From Azolla caroliniana (taxonomy: Eukaryota > Plantae > Polypodiophyta): DNA of 9,425 bases. A program made the position numbers and the translations under genes. The number at the start of each line of letters is the position of its first letter. Position 1 is the stretch's first letter. Location: positions 1 to 9,425 of the forward strand of contig JBHGNT010001360.1 of assembly GCA_043228905.1 (NCBI GenBank). Direction: 5' to 3'. The notes under the pieces are model-generated. The model had not been told where the DNA came from. It searched no databases and saw only the letters and a program-made list of their open reading frames with translations. Shown here in pieces: positions 1 through 6,843 of this stretch.

Positions 1-1683
1 ATCGTATTTCAACCTGGTGGCCAACATGGGAAGGCTGATGCCCTTTCTTGCCGAGCTGACCTTACACTCCGCCCTGGGGATGCTGCTTATGCTCAACAAT
101 CTAGACGTTTGTTGAAACCCGACCAATTGCATTTGTTTGCCGCTTGTATGTTGCAGGATGATTCTTTACTCCAACAAATCACTGATGCATCCAAGACCGA
201 TGCGTTCGCCAGCGAGATTCGAGATAGTCTGCAAAACCCCTCCAAGGCGACCAAAAGGAAGGATCTTGACACCTTCACCATACAAGAGGGTTTGTTGTTC
301 CGAGATCATCTCTTGTACGTCCCAGAGGGCCCATGTCGCACCCAGGTGTTGCGGGAATGCCACGATGACCCACTTGCAGGTCATTTCGGGGTCGTGAAAA
401 CCCTCGAGCTAATCTCTCGGGGATATTGGTGGCCACAACCATGGAAGCTGGTCAAAGAATACATAAAGAGTTGTGAGGTTTGTGCTCGCTCCAAAGCCAT
501 TCATCATTGGCCATACAACTTACTACAGCCGCTTCCATGTCCTCGTCGTCCTTGGGCCTCTATCTCTATGGACCTGATAACTGATCTACCCTTGGTCAAT
601 AGCTATGACTCGGTGTTGGTCGTTGTCGATCGGTTTACGAAGATGGCTCACTTCACTCCATGCTCCAAAACCATTTCCGGAGAAGGAATGGTGCAACTCC
701 TACTCAACAATGTAGTACGCTTGCATGGACTCCCCGATGATGTCATCTCGGATCGCGAACCCCAGTTTGTCTCTCACTTCTGGCAGCGCCTGCTACAAAC
801 TTTAGGCATCTCTGTCAAGTTGTCCTCCGCTTATCACCCCCAAACTGACGGGCAAACGGAGCGTGTCAACCAAATCCTTGAGCAGTATCTTCGGTGCTCG
901 GTTAGTTACCAACAAGATGATTGGGGCAACTTACTTTCGCTCGCGGAATTCGCCTACAATAATTCTCTCCATGCATCGACTAGCGTCACTCCCTTCTTTG
1001 CCAACTACGGTTTACATCCTCGCTTCAACATTTCCCTTCCTACCACTTCCGTGAACCTTTCGGCGGAGGATCGCGCCCGCATTTTGGAAGAAGTACATCA
1101 TGATTTATCCTTGGAGCTTAGTCTTGCTAGTGAACGATACAAGAAGCAGGTTGATCGCCATCGATCTTCCACTCCACACTTTGTCGTTGGAGACATGGTC
1201 TGGTTGTTACGTCGACACATCTCTACTACTCGTCCATGTGCGAAACTTGATTACAAGAAGTTGGGACCATTCTGTATCATCGAGTGCATCAATCCTGTCG
1301 CCTTCCGACTCGCCCTTCCATCCCACTTCCGGATTCACGATGTTTTTCATGTCTCCCTCCTCGAACCCCATTATGCTTCACAACTCCCAGGACGTCAAGC
1401 CCCACCATCACCACTTGTGCAATTGACGACAGGGGAGGAATACGAGGTCGACCAAATCCTTGACTCACGTTGGCACCGTCGACACTTGCAATACCTCGTC
1501 CTATGGAGGGGTTACCCCATGTCTGAGGCCACATGGGAACCATCGGCAAATTTACAAAATGCCCCAGAGGTCGTCCAAGATTTTCATCACCGATATCCCC
1601 ACAAACCGGCGGCCGATTTGGGAAGGCGGCGTAAGAGGGGGGATAATGTCAAGATTCGAACTCTTGACACGACCATGTTATAA
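1..1683 (+). CDS. pol: Pol polyprotein C-terminal part: RNase H end, integrase (HHCC, DD35E, GPF) and chromodomain; 5'-partial
   Basis: Frame 1 is open from base 1 (IVFQPGGQHGKADALSC, an RNaseH C-terminal motif), so the track start at 109 is not the true start. HHCC: H361, H382, C472, C481. Catalytic D571 (SMDL), D751 (ISDR) and E859 (QTERVN), with 35 residues between D and E. GPF at 1264-1272. Stop TAA at 1681-1683 lies inside the LTR. Confidence 0.93.
   Translation: MVFQPGGQHGKADALSCRADLTLRPGDAAYAQQSRRLLKPDQLHLFAACMLQDDSLLQQITDASKTDAFASEIRDSLQNPSKATKRKDLDTFTIQEGLLFRDHLLYVPEGPCRTQVLRECHDDPLAGHFGVVKTLELISRGYWWPQPWKLVKEYIKSCEVCARSKAIHHWPYNLLQPLPCPRRPWASISMDLITDLPLVNSYDSVLVVVDRFTKMAHFTPCSKTISGEGMVQLLLNNVVRLHGLPDDVISDREPQFVSHFWQRLLQTLGISVKLSSAYHPQTDGQTERVNQILEQYLRCSVSYQQDDWGNLLSLAEFAYNNSLHASTSVTPFFANYGLHPRFNISLPTTSVNLSAEDRARILEEVHHDLSLELSLASERYKKQVDRHRSSTPHFVVGDMVWLLRRHISTTRPCAKLDYKKLGPFCIIECINPVAFRLALPSHFRIHDVFHVSLLEPHYASQLPGRQAPPSPLVQLTTGEEYEVDQILDSRWHRRHLQYLVLWRGYPMSEATWEPSANLQNAPEVVQDFHHRYPHKPAADLGRRRKRGDNVKIRTLDTTML
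1435..1599 (+). other. Chromodomain (group I-like) at the integrase C-terminus
   Basis: EEYEVDQILDSRWHRRHLQYLVLWRGYPMSEATWEPSANL matches the Y-EV..IL / YLV.W.GY / TWEP chromodomain consensus. Confidence 0.92.
1633..1643 (+). other. Polypurine tract of element F
   Basis: AAGAGGGGGGA, ending 3 nt before the LTR start TGTCA at 1647. Confidence 0.88.
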
Positions 1684-1999
1684 TCTAGTATTATGAGTTA
1701 ACCAAGATATCTAGTACTAGTTATGTATGTAATTGGTCCTTATTATTTTGCTAGCATCATGTGCATAGTTGCTCCCTTGTAGTATTTACACTTGGCACAT
1801 GCATGCATACCTACATGCTCTATTGTAGATTCACATGCGTGCAACAAGTATGCATGCCATGTAGTATAAATAGAGGAGTTCACCTTGAAGGAATTCAAGG
1901 TGAACAACACCAGTTATGGAGTCTTTCGTTTAATACTATCTTCTTTCTTGTCCATTTGGTTATCTTCTTGCTTGTCTCTTGAGTTTATGATCCGTGACA
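1647..1999 (+). repeat. 3' LTR of element F (353 bp)
   Basis: Starts TGTCAAGA right after the PPT and ends CCGTGACA. Contains TATAAATA at 1865-1872 and a T-rich U5-like tract at 1921-1985. Composition switches abruptly to purine-rich at 2000. Confidence 0.85.
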
Positions 2000-2002
2000 A
2001 GA

Positions 2003-2635
2003 ATGGGCAAAGACACCACCTGAACGGGCAAAGGCAAAGAGACTGTTGATTGCGCCGGTGGGGGAAGAACCGACAAGGGGAGAGACAGGAAGGAGAAAGG
2101 AGCCGAGTCGACAAAGGAAGTTGACACATCCAAACAAGTTGGAGCAAGCAGCAACAAAGGCAGAGTCAAGAAGGACAGAGCCGACCGGAAGAAGAAGGCC
2201 AAGACCCAGACATGGTCCGATGTGATGAAGGGCTTGGAACCAGAAGACGAATCGGGAGCAACCGATTCAGACAAGAGCTGGAATGAATCAGAGACAACCG
2301 ATTCGGTTCTACAGAAGGATTCGGAAGACCCGGATCAATTCAAGGCTAAGAGGACAAGAAGGCAGCAAAAGTCGACGCCAACACGAAGGAATCGGTAGGT
2401 CGACAAGCGCCGAAATCACGGCAGCAAGGGAACTGAATTGGGCCTGTTGAGCAGACAAGCCGACCAAGAAGGTTGAGATGCGCAGAAACAGAAGGGTTGT
2501 GGCAAACAGGACCGGACCGGACGAGGAGCACGAGCAAGGCGGAGTGACGCCAGAAGGAGCCAGGTGGAAGGACCGGCTACCATAGAGACTAACACTATGA
2601 TCCGACCTCAAATTGAGCTTGAGGGGGAGTGTTGA
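2003..2635 (+). pseudogene. Decayed ~210-codon hydrophilic (K/R/D/E/S/G-rich) reading frame ending ...ELEGEC* at the PPT/LTR border
   Basis: One frame runs 2003-2635 with only three internal stops (TGA 2021, TAG 2396, TGA 2474), each one C>T change from CGA/CAG. The 2024-2395 stretch is 124 open codons. It is missing from the supplied ORF track. Confidence 0.5.
2621..2629 (+). other. Polypurine tract of element E
   Basis: GAGGGGGAG directly abutting TGTTGAA at 2630. Confidence 0.8.
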
Positions 2636-2995
2636 AGCGGCAAGCTCAACCGGATCCGGATCGACATCCAGAAGGGTGAGCCGGTGAGCTGGGGAGCCGG
2701 TTAGCTAGATCAAGCAGTAACCGGAAGCCAAGTAACAGCTAGTCTACTAGGGAGTTAATATCTTGTAGTTAGTGTCAGACACTCGTGTGAGCATTGAAGT
2801 ACATTGTACTTCTGTCAGTCTGGATGGACTTGTATAAAAGTGTTCACTGAACACATACGATGTACAGACTGAGTAGTATTTTTTGATTTAAGTTTCTGTG
2901 TGCTCTCTCTCTCTGTCTCTCATGTGTACTGTTAAGCTCTCCATTAAACCTGTTTTTTGTTTTCTATTGCTTCCGCACACTATTTTGTTTCTACA
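2630..2995 (+). repeat. 3' LTR of element E (~366 bp)
   Basis: Termini TGTTGAA...TTCTACA form a 6/7 inverted repeat. TATAAAA at 2833-2839, followed by (CT)n and a T-rich U5-like tract at 2879-2990. Confidence 0.72.
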
Positions 2996-3910
2996 AACCG
3001 TTATCCATGCAGGCCGTCGTAATGTATGGTTCGCCGAGTATCATCGGGTGTGAAGATTTCTCCTGCACGAAGAAGTGTTGATCTATCTCGACATCTCCGA
3101 TTTTAACGTGCGCGTTCGAGCATGCTCCGTGTAGTTTCTTAGTAGCGCGTGTGGCCGCGCATATCTTCCATCCATGCTTGGTGTTGATCGGCCATTTCCC
3201 CTTTCTGTAGAAGTCCATTGACATCAGGTTTATCTCGGAACCGTGGTCTATCAATGCCACCACCGGCTCTTGAACGTCCCCGATCCGGACAAGTGTATCT
3301 GTAGTAGCCCTTGCACAATGCAACTTCAAATAGTGGCTCTCCGCCAATTTGTCCTCCAAGGCCGCGTCCTCTAAGTGCGTCGTCCGCACTTCCACGGGAT
3401 TCTCCGATTCCGGCTCCGTCGTGAGCCTTTTACGCTTCACCAAGTCCACGATGGAATCGTGGAACTCCTTCTTGGCGATTCCGATCACTTCACTCAACGA
3501 CAGCTCCACCTTGCTGTCAAGGATCCGTTCTTCGAGGACCTTCTGCAAGTCCGTTTCCCTTTCTATTTCCGTGCTCAGTCGGTAACCTGCCTGCCTTACC
3601 TTTTCCTGCGAGCCGGGACCGCCGTCGTCATTTCTTTTCGGGGCACTCTGTGTCTCGTATCGGCCACAGGGTTCGGCCCCTCGGCCCTTTCCCGCTCGCT
3701 TATCTTCCACCAGAACTTCGACTGGATCGTCCCATCCCGTGACCTCCCGGACCCGCTTCTCCGCACGGTCCGCTTCCTCCTTCCTTAGCCGCTCTACGGA
3801 GAGGCCTTTGACCCATTCTATAAATTCCCGTTTCGATAACCAAAGCGAGTCATTGAAATCATACCTCTCGAGGAGCCTACCTTCGAACGCCCCCTAAGTC
3901 TGGCAACCGG
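2996..3910 (-). pseudogene. Gag C-terminal linker and retropepsin-like aspartic protease fragment of element B
   Basis: ORF 3710..2991 contains VALIDHGSEINLM (active-site-like motif, 3248-3240) and the downstream ILGEPY motif. Its N-terminal part aligns with the translation of 8770-9087 (VLEERILD..VEL.L.EV.GIAKKEFHD..DLVKRKRL). It has internal deletions relative to C, and its stop codon is supplied by the E LTR. Confidence 0.8.
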
Positions 3911-5266
3911 TGTCGTGAAGATCCATCATTATGTGCAGATCGTGAGGCAGAATCGCTGGGCTTCTGGATCGGAAGGACTCGAAGTATGCACTAGCTTTAG
4001 CAAGAAAGGAATTAATATAGATTGAGATAAGATAGAACGCTTGCCTTTAGATTGAGAGAGATTAAGATTGAACTCTTGACTTTAGATTTGAAGAACAAGA
4101 TTGATACATCAATTGGATAATGAATTTCTTACTTTTAATTTCTTGATTAATACATTGCTCCCTTTTGATCTTTTTCATCCACCCTTTTATAGATGCTCCC
4201 ATGCATATGATGCATGTGAGGGTACAAGACATGCATACAATGCATGGAATGCATGTGATGCATGTTTGCCATTTGGCGCTCATGCATCACATGTCACTCA
4301 ATCAAGCTCTAATATGAGAATTTACATGTAAAACTATAATGATAGGAAAAACATTTCTAAGGAAATGACATAGCCTAATGGTAAGTCTATTGCCTCCTAT
4401 CTTGGAGGTGTAATGTTCAAGTCTTGCATACATCCCTTTTTAAAGCACAAAATACTATTAGGCTTTTGGTCTTGTAATTACACCAAATATCTTTAAGACA
4501 CCATGCACCGCGATCAACCGATCCGTCTGATTTGTACCCGTTTGGTCTGCATCCCTAGCCGGTTCCGTCATTGGCCAGTTGCCGGCTGCCGGCGGCGGAA
4601 TGTAAAACTATAATGATAGGAAAAATATTTTTAAGGAAATGACATAGCCTAGTGGTAAGTCTATTGCTTCCTATCTTGGAGGTGCAATGTTCAAGTCTTG
4701 CATACATCCCTTTTTAAAGCACAAAATACTATTAGGCTTTTGGTCTTGTAATTACACAAAATATCTTTAAGACACCATGCACCACGATCAATTGATCCGT
4801 CTGATTTGCACCTGTTTGGTCCGCATCCCTAGCCGGTTCCGTCACCGGCCGATCGCTGGTCCGGTTTTGGTTGGCTAAAACCTTTGCAAGTAGCCAAGCC
4901 ACAACCATTCATTTGATTAACTTAGTTCAAGTCACCTTAAACTCTCTATGATCCACTCATAGACACAAAATAATAGATTTTGTCCCTACTTATATACTCT
5001 GGGATCCTTATTTATCCTATCTATGTGGGATATCTCTTCTTCTTCGCAAACTTCATACCCACAGAACTTGCCACTTAGTTGTCTGTTTCTTATGTGGTAA
5101 AGTGTATTCGAAAGCTCTTGAAGACCTTCATCTTTTTGTACCAAGATATTAAACTAGTATAATATAGAATCTTCACTATTATTGTTTTATATTATGTGTG
5201 AAGAACCACACTCGATTTTGTACATTCCTCGCAATTTTCACACCGTTGCCGAAAATCTTCATGACA
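3911..5266 (-). mobile_element. Element D: solo LTR (1356 bp), probably gypsy type
   Basis: Termini TGTCGTGAAGAT / ATCTTCATGACA form an 11/12 inverted repeat. Flanks are CCGG (3907-3910) and CTGG (5267-5270). Removing D and one flank restores B's gag frame (ATG CAG GCC GGT TGC, MQAGC, versus VQAGC in C). It is AT-rich and non-coding, with a minus-strand TATAAAA at 4191-4185. No adjacent PBS or PPT. Confidence 0.85.
4326..4850. repeat. Direct tandem duplication, period 274 bp (4326-4576 and 4600-4850)
   Basis: Both copies start ATGTAAAACTATAATGATAGG and end GGTTCCGTCA(TT/CC)GGCC. By eye there are 14 mismatches over 251 bp, no indels, 13 of them transitions. Confidence 0.95.
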
Positions 5267-5538
5267 CTGGCCTGCATTTTGAGCACCTCCACGTGGATGC
5301 TCGGCGTCACCACCTGAGGGAATCTGGACAATCGTCTGTCCTCCGGAATGTCCCTCATTATCATTTCAGCCCGGTAGGCCACGAGATAGCTCATCGCGTT
5401 CTTACCTTCAAACCAACCTATTGTGCCGACGATCGTTTCGAAGGCCTAGTCGAGGGTACCCGTACCTTCACTAGCATTCACCAATCGGTCTATAGCTACC
5501 GCCATGGCTTCGGCGAGTTCAGATCCCCTCATCTTCAT
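5267..5538 (-). pseudogene. gag: Gag N-terminal fragment of element B
   Basis: MKMRGSELAEAMAVAIDRLVNASEGTGTLD*AFETIVGTIGWFEGKNAMSYLVAYRAEMIMRDIPEDRRLSRFPQVVTPSIHVEVLKMQA begins just downstream of the PBS and is homologous to 7573-7800. Confidence 0.7.
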
Positions 5539-5555
5539 ACTCCTTTGCCGCCTGT

Positions 5556-5573
5556 TTCAAGTCGGGTTCAACA
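5556..5573 (-). other. Primer-binding site of element B (tRNA-Trp-like)
   Basis: Plus strand reads TTCAAGTCGGGTTCAACA, against the recalled plant tRNA-Trp 3' end TTCACGTCGGGTTCACCA (2 mismatches). It lies 5 nt from the LTR end at 5579. Confidence 0.7.
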
Positions 5574-5578
5574 AATTA

Positions 5579-6203
5579 TGTCGTGAATTTACGCGTGTGC
5601 GTGCGAAACAAAGGCGGGACCATGGAGGCCTCGAACCAAGGAGCACAAGAAGGGAAAGAAGAGAAATGACACACGATTATCAACAAGATGGGTACCAACG
5701 GTTAATTAGGGAAATAGAGTAATTACAACCGGCTTAGCCGGGGGCTAAGCTACGAGCTCAACCAACAACGCACACACTCACACACCAAGATACAATAGGG
5801 AGCCTCTGACGGGAGCACATAGGCTTACTACGCGAGCAGAGGCGTCCGTGCTAACCAAACGAAGCAGAAGGCAGAGAGCGGGTGCTCGGTTCCCAGTACA
5901 ACAACACTTCGTTCTCCCTAAATGCGCGATCCCCCTCTTAGCCCTCTCTCCCGACCTTTATAGGTCCCCGAGGGAGGATCCATTACATCCTGTAATTACA
6001 TCCTCTTTATTCTTTGTCGCTTCGGACAGAGATTCATTTCGATTTGTTAATCTATTTGATGTGTCTATATCAAAGTCTGTCCACATCACGCCGACCTATT
6101 CTTAGACTATGTACAAATAATTTACAACTACGTGCATCCGTGTATGCTATGGTTTAGGTGCTCAGGTTTTCGTTTCCGCTCGTAGCCGGTTTTCCACACG
6201 ACC
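5579..6203 (-). repeat. 5' LTR of element B (~625 bp)
   Basis: Plus-strand boundaries are TGTCGTGAA (5579) and CACACGAC(C) (~6203). Minus-strand TATAAA at 5962-5957. It is an inverted homologue of 6844-7527: for example GGAGCCTCTGACGGGAGCACA at ~5799 versus TGTGCTCCTGACAGAGGCTCC at ~7266. Confidence 0.8.
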
Positions 6204-6843
6204 ACGGCCCCTGGTCCGGGCCGACTAACTTGGGCCACCGTCGAGAAGCTAAAGGGAAGGTATTGGTGGCTTGGAATGTATATCGATGTGCATCATTTCG
6301 TAATGACGTGGGAGAGTTGCCAGATGCATTCCGAAATCCGGCACCGCGATGAACTGCACCCGACCTACCCGCCAACCATACACTTCAAGTGAATGGTCAA
6401 CTTGGTAATGATGGCGATGGGGGTAGGGAAAATGCGATATCTGGCACTTGCACGGGAGGATCTAACGAACCAGGTGGAGGGCCGAGCGTTGAAGGATAAG
6501 ACTACTACGATTGTGTGTCACTTCCTCGTTGAGGAAGTGGTTTGCCGATACGGGTGCATAAGGCAAATTGTGGTCGATCGGGGAGAGGTGGATGCACAAG
6601 AAGCCGAAGAGCTGTTCGAATGGTTAGGGATGAAGCTTTCTCTCTCTATAGTGTACAATCCAGAAGCCAACGGGAAGGCAGAGCGCGGGCACGGGCCGAT
6701 TGTGAAGGTGCTAGTACGAGTGTGCGGGGGACGAGTCAGAAATTGGCCGCGGCTTCTGCCTTTTGCTTTATGGGTGGAACGAACTACGCATGGTTCAATA
6801 ACCAGGTACTTGCCGACGGAGCTTGTGTTTGGGCAGAAGCCAG
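6203..6843 (+). pseudogene. Element A relic: inactivated gypsy integrase (zinc-binding domain and DDE core)
   Basis: HGPWSG / TWATVEKLKGRYWWLGMYIDVHHFVMTWESCQ...HFK*MVNLV...IVVDRGE...YNPEANGKAERGH...ELVFGQKP. Lesions: frameshift near 6222, C>W in the CxxC motif, TGA at 6390 and first catalytic D>N. LTR termini cut both ends. Confidence 0.85.

Larger units (their letters stand above)
1..1999 (+). mobile_element. Element F: 3' half of a Ty3/gypsy chromovirus LTR retrotransposon (Tcn1/Tf2-like), left-truncated by the window
   Basis: Domain order is RNaseH end, integrase, chromodomain (gypsy order), followed by a PPT at 1633-1643 and an LTR bounded by TGTCA...TGACA at 1647-1999. Confidence 0.93.
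2000..2995 (+). mobile_element. Element E: 3' end of a probable Ty1/copia LTR retrotransposon, interrupted on the left by F and inserted into B
   Basis: TTGAGGGGGAG|TGTTGA junction at 2619-2635 is typical of copia PPT/LTR borders. The LTR-like segment ends TTTCTACA at 2995, exactly where B's protease frame is cut. No RT or RNaseH motif is visible, so the superfamily call rests on the PPT/LTR border only. Confidence 0.68.
2996..6203 (-). mobile_element. Element B: decayed non-chromovirus Ty3/gypsy (5' LTR, PBS, gag, protease), interrupted by solo LTR D and cut by E
   Basis: Minus-strand order is LTR (6203-5579), PBS (5573-5556), gag (5538-5267 and 3910-~3700), then protease (~3300-2996). It is colinear with the inverted paralogue C at 6844-9087. 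Confidence 0.85.

Noticed and set aside
109-111. TTG start of the 524-aa ORF as a real initiation site or a domesticated integrase gene
   Set aside because: The frame is open from base 1 and carries RNaseH-end residues; the downstream PPT and LTR show it is ordinary retroelement pol.
93-1696. Short alternative-frame and antisense ORFs overlapping pol (93-281, 137-397, 166-384, 863-1054, 1100-1426, 1289-1549, 1460-1696)
   Set aside because: Shadow ORFs of the pol frame with no recognisable motifs.
1914-2611. Hydrophobic or Ser-rich antisense ORFs (1914-2147, 1960-2274, 2309-2611, 2346-2537) as an env-like or membrane protein
   Set aside because: They are the expected mirror of a purine-rich plus strand, and two of them cross the F/E junction.
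4062-4331. Cys/Met/His-rich ORFs resembling a metal-binding peptide
   Set aside because: Translation artefact of the ATGCAT repeats inside a non-coding LTR; the same applies to 1761-1982.
4326-4850. The direct repeat pair as LTRs of a TRIM or as a CRISPR-like array
   Set aside because: Only 23 nt lie between the copies, there is no PBS, PPT or CA terminus, and there is no repeat-spacer periodicity or cas gene.
5556-5573. tRNA gene
   Set aside because: Only the 3' 18 nt are tRNA-like and there is no cloverleaf; its position next to an LTR identifies it as a PBS.
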